A DNA stretch of 56,504 bases from Candidatus Thorarchaeota archaeon (GCA_048882385.1 JBHLRQ010000008.1:1-56504); one strand, 5' to 3'. Counted from the stretch's first letter, positions 10,262-20,298 are shown. Numbers and translations: made by a program. Notes: generated from the letters alone by a model not told the origin.

Positions 10262-10948
10262 ATGGCAAAACAATTGGAATATCACTTGAAGGAACTCAAA
10301 AAGAAAGTGAGTCAGCTTCATGAAGTTGTCACAGATGCGTTCATGAAATCTATGAAAGCATTCGAGCTTCTCGATCAAGAAATGGCATCAGAAACAAAGG
10401 AGATGTCGAAGGAAATTGAAGAGATTTCCCAGAAGATTGAGGATAGTGTGTTTGAAACTATTGCACGCAGACAGCCTGTCGCTAGAGACCTCAGACAACT
10501 TGCTACATATCTTCAAGTCACGCATCATCTCTATAGGATTGGCAGATATGCCTACAAAATTGCACATATCGTTCGGCTATGTGAGAATCTAACGCATTTC
10601 AAGGAACTAATTACTTTACCATTGTTAGCAAATCTGGCAAAAGAAACAATCAACAAGGCGATGAAGGGTATTCTTCAAGCTGATCTTTCTGAGATTGATG
10701 AACTCGAAAAACTGGAAGCTCAGAGTGACAAAGAAACTGGTGAGATGTTTGAAGAAATAACAGAATATCTCAGAAAAGAGAAAGACATTACAACAATGGC
10801 ATTGTATTACGTCATTATTGGTAGATACTGCGAACGTGCGGCAGATCATGGATTTTCGATAGCGGAACGTGCAGTGTATATGGTCACCGGTCAAAAGAAG
10901 AAACTCGGTCTAGCATACAAAGGCATGTCCAGCGAGGCACCACATTAG
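10262..10948 (+). CDS. phoU: phosphate regulator PhoU, copy 1
   Basis: RRQPVARDLR, RIGRYA, RYCERAADH, IAERAVYMVTG; directly follows pstB. Confidence 0.9.
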   Translation: MAKQLEYHLKELKKKVSQLHEVVTDAFMKSMKAFELLDQEMASETKEMSKEIEEISQKIEDSVFETIARRQPVARDLRQLATYLQVTHHLYRIGRYAYKIAHIVRLCENLTHFKELITLPLLANLAKETINKAMKGILQADLSEIDELEKLEAQSDKETGEMFEEITEYLRKEKDITTMALYYVIIGRYCERAADHGFSIAERAVYMVTGQKKKLGLAYKGMSSEAPH

Positions 10949-10972
10949 TAACAAATGGAGGAATGGTGAATT

Positions 10973-11659
10973 ATGAGTTCTGAAATTGATTCGGCAATTT
11001 CGAAAATCAAAGCTCAACTTGAAAAGCTGCATTCAATGGTGACATCAGCTCTAAAGCAATCAATGAAGGCATTTGAAGATCTTGATAATGAACTAGCAGA
11101 CGCGGCGTTGATAGCTTCTGAAGAGGTAGAGCAGCTGCATCATTCGATTGAGGAATTCGTATTTACTACTGTTTCAGAACTTCAACCAAAGGGAATGGAC
11201 CTTCGACGTTTGATTGCTTATCTTAATACATCAGTTGCTCTTCAGAAGGTTGGTCGATATTCTAATAAAATCGCAGAGATTGTGACCATAAATGACGAAC
11301 TGGACCATTTCAAAGAGCTAGAATCTTTACCATATCTTGCTGAGCTAGCAAACTCAGCTCTTGAGATCAGCATTAGAGCAATATTGACTGAAGACCTCAG
11401 TGAAATTGATGAATTGGAGAAATTAGAAGATCAGAGTGATAATGAAGAAGCAGACATGTTCTGTGAGATTGCTGAATACCTGAACAGACGCCAAGATATC
11501 AGTGAGATTGCTATGTACTATATCATAGTAGGGAGATATTGTGAGAGAGCTGCTGATCAAGCGGTCAATATAGCTGAGGCTGCAAACTACATGCTTTCAG
11601 GTAATAGAGTGAAGTTGGGTTTGGCATACAAAGGTGAGTCAGCAAGCTTGTTAGACTAA
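10973..11659 (+). CDS. phoU: phosphate regulator PhoU, copy 2
   Basis: QPKGMDLR, RYCERAADQAVNIAE; paralog of the upstream phoU. Confidence 0.88.
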   Translation: MSSEIDSAISKIKAQLEKLHSMVTSALKQSMKAFEDLDNELADAALIASEEVEQLHHSIEEFVFTTVSELQPKGMDLRRLIAYLNTSVALQKVGRYSNKIAEIVTINDELDHFKELESLPYLAELANSALEISIRAILTEDLSEIDELEKLEDQSDNEEADMFCEIAEYLNRRQDISEIAMYYIIVGRYCERAADQAVNIAEAANYMLSGNRVKLGLAYKGESASLLD

Positions 11660-11661
11660 CA

Positions 11662-12177
11662 TTACCGACCTTTACGGATCTCTCTAACTAGTTCTTCAAA
11701 GGCTTTGTTCACGTTTGTATTCTCGGTGGCACTTGTTCTAATGTGTTTCAATGATCGAGCTTCCAAAACTCCTTTGATCTGGTCATCAGAAATGACTGAT
11801 TCTAAATCGATCTTATTCTCTACAGCTATGACAGCTACATCACCTGCAGCATTGTACAGTGCGTTCAACCAATCATCAATATGTTGGAGAGTTTCAATCC
11901 TTGTTCTATCAAAAATGAAGAAGGCTCCACTAGCATTGGCACAATACTGTTCCCTGAGTTCGGAGAAAGAGTCTTGCCCTCCCAAATCCCAGATCACTAG
12001 TTTGTGCTTGGAATCATCAACATCGACAGTCTTTACGTGAAGCATAGCTCCAATTGTCCTGCCAATCTCAGGTGAAAAGCTATCATAGACATACCGTTGA
12101 ACAAGAGATGTCTTACCAACTTCAGAATCTCCTAGGAAGACCAGCTTATAGACAAAATCTGGTTGATCTCCGCTCAT
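11662..12177 (-). CDS. Rab-like small GTPase (Ras superfamily)
   Basis: G1 GDSEVGKTS, G2 TIG, G3 WDLGGQ, G4 NKID, G5 TSAT. Start set at MSGDQ, which has GAGGT upstream. Confidence 0.9.
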   Translation of the reverse strand: MSGDQPDFVYKLVFLGDSEVGKTSLVQRYVYDSFSPEIGRTIGAMLHVKTVDVDDSKHKLVIWDLGGQDSFSELREQYCANASGAFFIFDRTRIETLQHIDDWLNALYNAAGDVAVIAVENKIDLESVISDDQIKGVLEARSLKHIRTSATENTNVNKAFEELVREIRKGR

Positions 12178-12202
12178 ACAACGATACCTCCAGATGGAGT
12201 TA

Positions 12203-12784
12203 CTATCCAACTGCTTTCTTTATTCTGGACTTCTCAAGAATCTCTTGAGTCATCTTTTTGAATGCTTCTTCGACGTTCATGTCTTCCTTTGCGCTTGTCT
12301 TAACAATCTGGACATTGTGCTGTTTTATCACAGAGTCTCTGACACCTTCCATTATCGCACTTTCAAGGTCTATTTTATTTTCAAGCAGGACAAGTGGAAT
12401 TTTCCCTGTGACAGTAAATAGTGCATTCAACCATTCATCTACACGTTCAAGGGTTTCTGGTCTTGTTGTATCAAATACGAAGAATGCGCCACTCGCATTC
12501 ATGTAGTACGCCCTTCTAAGCTGAGCAAAGTTGTCTTGGCCAGCTATGTCCCAAATAACAAGTTTAACGACGGTATCTCCCACTCGAACCATTTTGATGT
12601 GGATGTCCGTTCCAATAGTGGCGAGATAATCGCCTTCAAAACTGTCATAGACATAACGACCTACGAGACTGGTCTTGCCTACAGCTCCCTCTCCAAGAAA
12701 AACGATTTTGAAGAGAAAGTCAGCATTTTCGGGCAGTGTGAGTACGCTCCGCGCAAAGGCGTCTTTGTAACTTGGAATTGTCAA
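12203..12784 (-). CDS. Rab-like small GTPase (Ras superfamily)
   Basis: DFLFKIVFLGEGAVGKTS, TIGTD, WDIAGQ, YYMNA, NKID, TSAK. Confidence 0.92.
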   Translation of the reverse strand: MTIPSYKDAFARSVLTLPENADFLFKIVFLGEGAVGKTSLVGRYVYDSFEGDYLATIGTDIHIKMVRVGDTVVKLVIWDIAGQDNFAQLRRAYYMNASGAFFVFDTTRPETLERVDEWLNALFTVTGKIPLVLLENKIDLESAIMEGVRDSVIKQHNVQIVKTSAKEDMNVEEAFKKMTQEILEKSRIKKAVG

Positions 12785-12894
12785 TCATCTAATAACACTA
12801 TCGCCCATATTATTGTAACTCCTGTACTATTTGCTGTCTATTACCAAAAGCCAGAAAAGGCACACACGTAATCCGACTTCAAAGGTAGAGAGTT

Positions 12895-13686
12895 ATGGAC
12901 ATAGGAACCTTTGCACGTAACAATGAACAAGTTCGAACTGCAATCAAGAATGAACCTGACTTCATCGATTTGCGAATGGACTTGAATTACAGTATTGATT
13001 TTTCTGAGGCAAAGACTGACCTCAACAATGCTGGTATCTCATGTACACTGCATCTGCCAAGTAATCCCGACTGGAAACCCATTGAACTATCTCGAGGAAT
13101 TGTTCCATACATTGACCTAGGTAGACAGATTGACGCAGAAGTAGTCACTTTCCACACAATGCTCTCGACTCTATTCTATGATGACCATGATATTGATATC
13201 TTTCTTCAAGCAATCCCTCTAGCCTGTGAAACTGCCGCTGAATCTGGAGTAACACTAGCCATTGAAACCTTGGGTCTCTACTATACTGAATTACAACTCC
13301 TGTTTGATGAGTTCTGTGATATGAAACTAGCTTTGGACATTGGACATGGACAAATACTGGCTAAACGGAATCGCGCACTTGATCACATCGATTCGTTCTT
13401 TGAAAAGATTGAGATTGTCAATGTTCATGATAATCATGGCTCACAGATGCTTGATGATGTACTGCAGATGAAGAAGGAGAGAGAAGTTACACAGGGCGAG
13501 ATTCGAGAACTCGCAGTTCGATATGATACTCACCTCCCAATTGGCGAAGGGGAGATTGATTTTGATCCCATTTTCAAGAACCTAAAGCATCGTGGGTTTG
13601 ACGGTCGTTTTGTAATGTTATGCGAATGCCATGCTGATTTCCCACAAGAACGTGAAAAATTCCTAGATTTTTGGTTGGCAGCTTAA
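12895..13686 (+). CDS. sugar phosphate isomerase/epimerase (xylose-isomerase-like TIM barrel)
   Basis: LAIET, LALDIGH, VHDNHG, HLPIGEGEIDF metal-binding motifs. Confidence 0.8.
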   Translation: MDIGTFARNNEQVRTAIKNEPDFIDLRMDLNYSIDFSEAKTDLNNAGISCTLHLPSNPDWKPIELSRGIVPYIDLGRQIDAEVVTFHTMLSTLFYDDHDIDIFLQAIPLACETAAESGVTLAIETLGLYYTELQLLFDEFCDMKLALDIGHGQILAKRNRALDHIDSFFEKIEIVNVHDNHGSQMLDDVLQMKKEREVTQGEIRELAVRYDTHLPIGEGEIDFDPIFKNLKHRGFDGRFVMLCECHADFPQEREKFLDFWLAA

Positions 13687-14732
13687 GCTGATGCTAATGA
13701 TTCTACGAGTTTCAGGACATCCTTCAGACCTTTCTTATTGTCAGCTTTCTCGTATAGAGCTCGAGCCATTCTCACTGCTTTCATTGCTTCATCAGGTTTG
13801 CCTTGGACAACATAGATTCTTGCTTGATTGAGTCGAGCTTCACCCATTTTGCTGTACACATCATTCGGATAATCAAACATGTCTACATTAATCACTTTGC
13901 CGCAGTCAGGACAAGCTATAACAAGATCAACATCTGAATCAGGAACTTGTGTCTTTGGCACAGCTTCAACCGGTTCAGGTGCAGTGGCGGTTTCAGGAGC
14001 TGAAGCAGTAGCAGGGGTAAAACCAGTATCAGACTCAGCTGAGGCTGTTTCGTCTATTGTTGTGGCTTCAATGACCGGGATACCACCTTCATCAACATAT
14101 TCTAGTGATGGTGCAAATTCAGCTGATGGTTCTGTCATAACAGGCGTTTCCATGACTGGTTCGGGTTCTGGTGGCTTGTCCACGTATGCAGATTTGGCAC
14201 CCAGTATTGATTCTTCAATTTGACTGGCTGAAGGACCAGCAGGTGGCATGAATTCTTGCGCTTCAGGTGGTAACGGTTCACTTCCTTCCATCATGGTCGG
14301 TGCGGGAATGTCTTCTCCTCCCATCATACCTGGTCCTTCAAGGAGTTCCTTTACCTCACTGGCTCGAAGCATCCTAGTTTCGATCACGCCAGACCCATCT
14401 TCTTCATCAATGCCTACCGTTTCCGCCTTGGCAAAGGCTTCCATTGCCTTCTCCATTTCGCTCTTTGGTCTTGCCAAGTCACTTCCTGATCGTACACGGT
14501 CTTTGGAAACCTCACTTGGTCTAACCCAAGTATCCCCAGTTGTAGGTGCTGGTGTTTCTGCTACCGGTGGAGTTGGTGCTTCAACTACTGGTGTTGATTG
14601 AGGAACCTCAGCAGGAGGAGGTGATGTCTCCTTCTTGACAGGTTTCAATAAAGAAGCACCACACCTTATACAGTATTTTCGTGTGGGTTGGTTAGCCTTT
14701 CCACATTTATCACAAGTCCGCACCATACTCAC
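13683..14732 (-). CDS. zinc-ribbon protein with Pro/Glu-rich disordered linker and C-terminal TPR-like helices
   Basis: CDKCG...YCIRCGASL at the N-terminus; long PEST-like middle; CPDCG followed by ARLNQARIYVVQGKPDEAMKAVRMARALY. Confidence 0.75.
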   Translation of the reverse strand: MSMVRTCDKCGKANQPTRKYCIRCGASLLKPVKKETSPPPAEVPQSTPVVEAPTPPVAETPAPTTGDTWVRPSEVSKDRVRSGSDLARPKSEMEKAMEAFAKAETVGIDEEDGSGVIETRMLRASEVKELLEGPGMMGGEDIPAPTMMEGSEPLPPEAQEFMPPAGPSASQIEESILGAKSAYVDKPPEPEPVMETPVMTEPSAEFAPSLEYVDEGGIPVIEATTIDETASAESDTGFTPATASAPETATAPEPVEAVPKTQVPDSDVDLVIACPDCGKVINVDMFDYPNDVYSKMGEARLNQARIYVVQGKPDEAMKAVRMARALYEKADNKKGLKDVLKLVESLASA

Positions 14733-14765
14733 CTCAGACTTATGGTACTATGACGACAGTACTGA

Positions 14766-16019
14766 TTAAGCTTTGTTATGTAGATGTCTATCCTCTGTAA
14801 AACGAATATCCTCTTGGATGCGCCTTGCGACTTTAGACACTTTTCGATAGCAATCCTTCAATGATGGACCGATTTCAATGACTGTACAGATTGGATCTCC
14901 TCGATTTACCATAACTCCCTGAGGAGTCCTATCAACTGTGTTTGGATATTTTGAAAGGTCAGGGATTTTGCCATCGCGTCGCGAGTATATAATCATCTTA
15001 ACTCCAGGATTGAGCTTAGGACGATTATTGGGTAAAACACCATTTACTGCTCTCACATGTGAATCAGTGATAGAAATATCGCCTGCATGCTCTATCAACT
15101 CAAGAGACCCTTGGATTCTAGGATTTACTTCCATCAGCCAGACTCTTTCTGAATTGTCTACAACAAAATCTAACCCCACAGATCCCTTGAGATTTAGGAT
15201 ATTACAAATCTGTTCTGAAGTTGTCATGATTATGTTTTCGATCTCTTCACTAAGAAGACTTGGAATATAGTTTCCACAATATGCAAATCCGCAATTGCGA
15301 CCTGCTGTTGGCATTCCAATGAGCTGTCCTTGAACAGAAATGGCTAGAGAAATATCTCCAGTTGAAAGTACACTACAGCTAACATCAAACCCACTAATAT
15401 ATTCTTGAACAACACGAGGTTCAAAGTCAATGGTTTCAATCCCCTGAAATAACCTGATTATGTCGTTGCGGTTTCTGGCAAACCTGACTCCACTACCTCC
15501 TCCTGAATGAGTAGGTCTTACAACACAAGGAAAATCAATTGGAGCTGATTTTGAAAGGAGCTTGTCCAGCTCTGAATAGACTAAGCGATTCGGGATATTG
15601 ATTTCTAATTTTTTTGCCAGTTTCTTCAATGAGCTATAATCACGAGATATCCGAATTTGAGAAAGTGAGCATCCAACTAGAAGATTCATTTCTTCCAGGG
15701 GTAGAAGTGCTTCACTATAGTCGTCAAAACCACTTCCAATAATAACAAGGTCGAGCTGATTGTTTTTTGTCAAATGAAGAAGGTTATCTACTAAGGCGAC
15801 AGGCAGAGGTATGTCCAATGGTTGTCGCTGTCTTATCCCTGGTGTTGGTGTGAGGACAGCGATCCAACTATTACTGCATGTAGAAAGATCTTCATCTCCC
15901 CAATAATCTGAAGCAAAAACTGATGCACCTGCCTTCTTGGCGGAATAGGCAATCGGACGAGCATTGAAACCAACAACTCCTACTTTCTTACCTTTGAGGG
16001 GAGCGGAGATTGAATCCAT
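14766..16019 (-). CDS. ATP-grasp domain carboligase (COG2232-like)
   Basis: FPCVVRPTHSGGG, VQEYISG, GLDFVV, LMEVNPRIQGS; N-terminal DYWGDEDL and GSGFDD typical of the archaeal family. Confidence 0.8.
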   Translation of the reverse strand: MDSISAPLKGKKVGVVGFNARPIAYSAKKAGASVFASDYWGDEDLSTCSNSWIAVLTPTPGIRQRQPLDIPLPVALVDNLLHLTKNNQLDLVIIGSGFDDYSEALLPLEEMNLLVGCSLSQIRISRDYSSLKKLAKKLEINIPNRLVYSELDKLLSKSAPIDFPCVVRPTHSGGGSGVRFARNRNDIIRLFQGIETIDFEPRVVQEYISGFDVSCSVLSTGDISLAISVQGQLIGMPTAGRNCGFAYCGNYIPSLLSEEIENIIMTTSEQICNILNLKGSVGLDFVVDNSERVWLMEVNPRIQGSLELIEHAGDISITDSHVRAVNGVLPNNRPKLNPGVKMIIYSRRDGKIPDLSKYPNTVDRTPQGVMVNRGDPICTVIEIGPSLKDCYRKVSKVARRIQEDIRFTEDRHLHNKA

Positions 16020-16071
16020 GAAGAATCGGATGTAGTAGCCCTGATAAGGACTTTCTTTCTAGGGAAGAGCA

Positions 16072-16401
16072 GTGATTCCTTTGAAAAAAATCAATATCTC
16101 TGAAATGCATCCAACTACGATTGAAGGAGAGAAAGGAACAGTCACCGTGTTTGACCCTCTTCCTGATGAGATTGTTGCAGGTGTGAGAGTAGTACCTGAT
16201 TCATGTGATGTTCCGAAGAGAACACACATCCATCCTGAAAAACAACTTATCTATGTGATATCAGGCTCAGGAAGGATAACAAATGGAGAAATTACATTTA
16301 ATCTGGTTCCTGGTGATTTCGTCATGCTTGACAGAAACGAAGAACATTATGTGATGACTGAAAACGAAGAGCTCAGGCTTTTTGAGGTAAAATATTCTTA
16401 G
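16072..16401 (+). CDS. cupin domain protein
   Basis: HIHPEKQLIYVISGSG ... PGDFVMLDRNEEH. Confidence 0.85.
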   Translation: MIPLKKINISEMHPTTIEGEKGTVTVFDPLPDEIVAGVRVVPDSCDVPKRTHIHPEKQLIYVISGSGRITNGEITFNLVPGDFVMLDRNEEHYVMTENEELRLFEVKYS

Positions 16402-16411
16402 GGAGAGAAAA

Positions 16412-17179
16412 ATGCTGGATTCTGACCTGTTCAGCATCTATCCTATTGCTTGGATTTCCATAAGCAAAGCCGTTATCGATTTCATAAGAGATGCAGATAC
16501 AGTTGAATCATCAGAAGAGAGAACAAATGAATTCTTGGTGGCTGATTATGCTGCAGGTGAACATGATAGAGTTCCCTCATTCTTCCTTAAGGTAATACAT
16601 GAACTTCAGCCAGTCATTTTCGCAAAGAAACGAGTAACTGTGTATTCAATTGACCTTCATGCCTTAAGACTTGACAGTCTTCTTGGGAAGCTAGAAGAAT
16701 CCAATCTTCTTAGTAGATCACGTGTTGTTCAAGCTAGACTAGAATCTATAGATATCGAAGCCATATTCCGCCCAGATATGATAGAGTATCTCACTCAAAA
16801 TCCTACAGAAACCACTTGGCTCGATAAAGAAATAATTTTCAACAGACGAATCAATTCAGAATCCTTTGACATTGGTATTCTCAACAATGATGTTGTTGGA
16901 TATCTTCATGAGTACTACAAAGAGTATAGCAATGCTCGGCTGGCACTAAAACAGGTCTATAAGACTATCCGGAGTGGAGGGCTACTTGTTGTAACAAAGC
17001 CCTGTTCACTATATGTTGTCGACAACGTAGCCGTTCTTGAATCAATTGGATTCAAGCTGATTGATGGATTAGACATAAACTTGAACAATGGAAAAACAAC
17101 ATCTATTGATAGAAACTCTACTCCCGAATCGATGAGTAGATTGAATCATTACAGTTTTCTTGTTTTTTCACGAATTTGA
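16412..17179 (+). CDS. divergent class I SAM-dependent methyltransferase-like protein
   Basis: VADYAAG (motif I-like), VYSIDL (II), SFDIGIL (IV), IRSGGLLVV (VI). Confidence 0.55.
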   Translation: MLDSDLFSIYPIAWISISKAVIDFIRDADTVESSEERTNEFLVADYAAGEHDRVPSFFLKVIHELQPVIFAKKRVTVYSIDLHALRLDSLLGKLEESNLLSRSRVVQARLESIDIEAIFRPDMIEYLTQNPTETTWLDKEIIFNRRINSESFDIGILNNDVVGYLHEYYKEYSNARLALKQVYKTIRSGGLLVVTKPCSLYVVDNVAVLESIGFKLIDGLDINLNNGKTTSIDRNSTPESMSRLNHYSFLVFSRI

Positions 17180-17292
17180 TTCATCAAGGATAGAATCATA
17201 GGGAAGCAAACTTGTATTATTTGACATACTTCCTCGCAAAGCTTATACAGAGCAAAGCGCAGTAATCAATTACCTCGGTTGCAGGGGAAAAC

Positions 17293-18879
17293 ATGATGCC
17301 GTCCGACAAAAAACTCACTGACAAGGAGAAAGCCGCACTTGATGACGCATTGAAAGGAGCGGTCCTCTCAGACTCAGAACTTGAGAAATTCGCAGAGGGA
17401 GTTGATGAATCAGGCGAAGTTATAATGCCTATAGAGGATGGCGAAGATCTGATCTCTGCAGCAGCATTGGCTCTCGATTTTGTAGAGCATCTAGAAACCT
17501 CTGCACCACGAGAAGTTTCAGGTGATGAAGATGCTGTTGCTGGTTTTGATGCCTTGTTGAGGAAACTTGAAACCCTCCGAGCTGACATCTCATCACTACA
17601 AAGAGGCGTAGTTGGGGTGTTCGCAGCTCAACTCCTGACTTTCAGGGGAAATGTTGTCGATCTGAAAACTCGAATATCTGAAGAAATGGTTGACCGTCTT
17701 CGGATGAAATTTTACAAAGAATTCATTGAAACAATGTTTGTCGATATCGTAGACGCAGAGTTCGCTGCACTTGAAAAGGAATTGGTTGACAAGATAGTTG
17801 AACAAACTCAAGAACGGTTCAAGGAGTTTGCATTGAGAGTTAGAGAGTCAGAGGTTGACTTACGTAGGACAATAGTAGAACAACAAGACATAGTAAGGTC
17901 ATTCATGACCAGTCTTGAAGAAGAAACTGCTGCTCAACGAACACAGCTCGCAGAAAAGCAGGCTGAAGTGACAAAACTCGAGCTGGAAATCAGGAATCTT
18001 CAGTCTCAAATTGATACAACAAAAACCACAGGCGTTGCTAAAGAGGAATATGAGCGACGTGTCGCAAGTCTTGAAGAAGAGGTGAAAGATCTGAAGGACG
18101 ACCTCCTCTTGAAGGACGCACTAATTGAAACACGAACTCAGAATGCTGAAACTGCTAGAAAAGAGGTCGAAGAGCTCAAGATTGAGCTGAGCGAGGCAAA
18201 AAGCCAGATTGATGTTTACAAGGAAGAAATGGCACTTGCAAAACCACAATCTGAAAAATCTGCAGCTGAGATTGAAGCATTGCAATCGAAGATAGAATTG
18301 CTTGAAACAAATCTCGAGGAGAAGCGAAAAGAAGACGAAACTTTTGATGCGCAAATTAAGGAGCTAGAAACAAAAATCACAGATCTTGAAGGTGAAAAAG
18401 CAAATGCCGAAAAGGTAGCACAAGATCGTCTGGATGAACTAACAAATCTATCAGATAAGATTGCTGAAGTCAAGGCAATGGATGAGAAGATACACAATCT
18501 TGAGAAAGAGATCAAAGATACTCAAGAAGCTGTAAAAGTTTCTGAAATGCAAAAAGAAGCTTTTGAGAAAGCAACTCGACTAATGGAAAAGGAAAGAGAC
18601 ATGGCTTTGGAGCAACGAGACCTCTCAGATGAGCGTACAAAACGTTACATCAAGGTTCTTGGTATGGAAGGAAACACAAAGGTGCTTCTACTCGTAGATG
18701 AAGTGGGTTCAATCACCTTCACAGAGTTAGGTAAATCATTGGGTGTTCCAAAGGGTCAAGCAATGAAATGGGCTCGCGAACTTGAGAAATTGAAAGTCCT
18801 AGAAATTCGGGATGAAACTGTCAAATCTACACTCAAAACTATGGACATAAAGGAAGGCGAAGTCAAAGTAAGCAAATAA
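17293..18879 (+). CDS. long coiled-coil protein with C-terminal winged helix
   Basis: About 300 aa of E/K/L heptad-rich sequence, then KVLLLVDEVGSITFTELGKSLGVPKGQAMKWARELEKLKVLEI. No Walker motifs. Confidence 0.75.
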   Translation: MMPSDKKLTDKEKAALDDALKGAVLSDSELEKFAEGVDESGEVIMPIEDGEDLISAAALALDFVEHLETSAPREVSGDEDAVAGFDALLRKLETLRADISSLQRGVVGVFAAQLLTFRGNVVDLKTRISEEMVDRLRMKFYKEFIETMFVDIVDAEFAALEKELVDKIVEQTQERFKEFALRVRESEVDLRRTIVEQQDIVRSFMTSLEEETAAQRTQLAEKQAEVTKLELEIRNLQSQIDTTKTTGVAKEEYERRVASLEEEVKDLKDDLLLKDALIETRTQNAETARKEVEELKIELSEAKSQIDVYKEEMALAKPQSEKSAAEIEALQSKIELLETNLEEKRKEDETFDAQIKELETKITDLEGEKANAEKVAQDRLDELTNLSDKIAEVKAMDEKIHNLEKEIKDTQEAVKVSEMQKEAFEKATRLMEKERDMALEQRDLSDERTKRYIKVLGMEGNTKVLLLVDEVGSITFTELGKSLGVPKGQAMKWARELEKLKVLEIRDETVKSTLKTMDIKEGEVKVSK

Positions 18880-18883
18880 CCTT

Positions 18884-19231
18884 CTAGAATGGTATATTAC
18901 GGTCTCCTTCGCTAAATGAGTCAACAATATCAGACCAATATTTGGACAGTTTAAGTAAAGCACTTGAAAACTCATTCCCAAGCCTGAATTCACCCATTCT
19001 TTTCTCCACGAGGCCAACATCTCTGAGTTTTCGCATTACTTTGACATACAGACCCCTACTAGACATAACGAACTGACTCCATTCTGAATCCCTCACAACA
19101 CCATCTTTCTCCATTATTGATTTGAGAATCTTAGATGCTTGTTCCACTTGCATCTCAGTAAAGAATACGTAGCGCAGCAAATGTCGCGGTGAGATTAGTG
19201 ATGGTCTCCTTACTAGATCTATTTTGGCCAT
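18884..19231 (-). CDS. small winged-helix protein
   Basis: SRGLYVKVMRKLRDVGLVEKRMGEFRL wHTH recognition helix and wing pattern. Confidence 0.7.
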   Translation of the reverse strand: MAKIDLVRRPSLISPRHLLRYVFFTEMQVEQASKILKSIMEKDGVVRDSEWSQFVMSSRGLYVKVMRKLRDVGLVEKRMGEFRLGNEFSSALLKLSKYWSDIVDSFSEGDRNIPF

Positions 19232-19279
19232 ATTCAGAACCTGAGTATAGATTCTCGTAGGCTAATAAGACACTAGGTA

Positions 19280-20275
19280 TTACGCTGGAATCTTTGTTGT
19301 TCTCATGAATAACATCGGGATTGCCAATACTAACAACACTCCAATTGAAACTAATGTCTGCATCACAAGTGATACGGTTGGTAGAATTGCTGGTCCCATG
19401 TACCAGAATAGTACTCCTGTCATGATGCACCCAATCAAAGGAATCAATCTGAATGCTGGTTTAATCTTTCCTAATATTGCTATTAGAATAAAGAACCCAT
19501 AACCAACAATTGCAAATCCAATTGCCAGTGAGAACAACACTGCAAGTCCTTCATACAATCCATAGATTATATACCCTGCAGCTGGGAACACATATGCAAC
19601 AATCAACCAGATGATGTTAAACAACATGATGAACTTGAGCCCTCCTGCTGCATTCCGGATATCTACATCTGATGGAGCATTTGAGAACATTATTGTCATG
19701 GCCAGAAATGCGACAATCCAGAATATCGGGTTGATTACTGTTAACTCACCAACTGTGTATACAAAAAGGTAAACAAAGTTGCCAATCTGAATGAGTGGAT
19801 ACATCGGGTCAGCCAGAAGTGTTGCATTCGATTTGAGGTTGATAAGATCTGTTAGCAGGTTGATTGTTCCTCCACCTAATTCTGGTCTATCAGGTACAAA
19901 GAAAGTTGCTCCAAACGCAAATAGAATGAGAAGAATGAGTGACACTGCTACTGGTGCCAAATTGATAACAGCATTAGTGAATGCCCCTTTCGGCTTCATA
20001 TATTTTACATATCCTAGTACAATCTGGTCCCCTTGTCTTTCCACGTTGATAGGCTTGAATTCAACAACCTCTGTTCCGGTGAATTTGCATCCCAAAAAGT
20101 GTGATGACTCATGGAGTGCAACACCGGGTCCGACAAGCAAATACCACGATCGAGAACCAGGGTCTCTGGTTGTTGTTAACAATCTATGCGAGAGCCACTC
20201 AAGGAACCATCCAAGCCCCCAAACTACGAAGAATAATACAACTCCTAGAAGTACAATGGTAAAGTACGCATTCAT
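19280..20275 (-). CDS. multi-TM zinc metalloprotease-like protein (M50/M50B-like)
   Basis: GPGVALHESSH (HExxH), LGYV, INLAP, APSDVD; multiple TM segments. Confidence 0.72.
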   Translation of the reverse strand: MNAYFTIVLLGVVLFFVVWGLGWFLEWLSHRLLTTTRDPGSRSWYLLVGPGVALHESSHFLGCKFTGTEVVEFKPINVERQGDQIVLGYVKYMKPKGAFTNAVINLAPVAVSLILLILFAFGATFFVPDRPELGGGTINLLTDLINLKSNATLLADPMYPLIQIGNFVYLFVYTVGELTVINPIFWIVAFLAMTIMFSNAPSDVDIRNAAGGLKFIMLFNIIWLIVAYVFPAAGYIIYGLYEGLAVLFSLAIGFAIVGYGFFILIAILGKIKPAFRLIPLIGCIMTGVLFWYMGPAILPTVSLVMQTLVSIGVLLVLAIPMLFMRTTKIPA

Positions 20276-20298
20276 CAGCTATCACTCCGTGAAAAAGT

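Noticed and set aside
17293-18879. SMC/Rad50 assignment for the coiled-coil protein
   Set aside because: No Walker A/B, signature motif, hinge or zinc hook.
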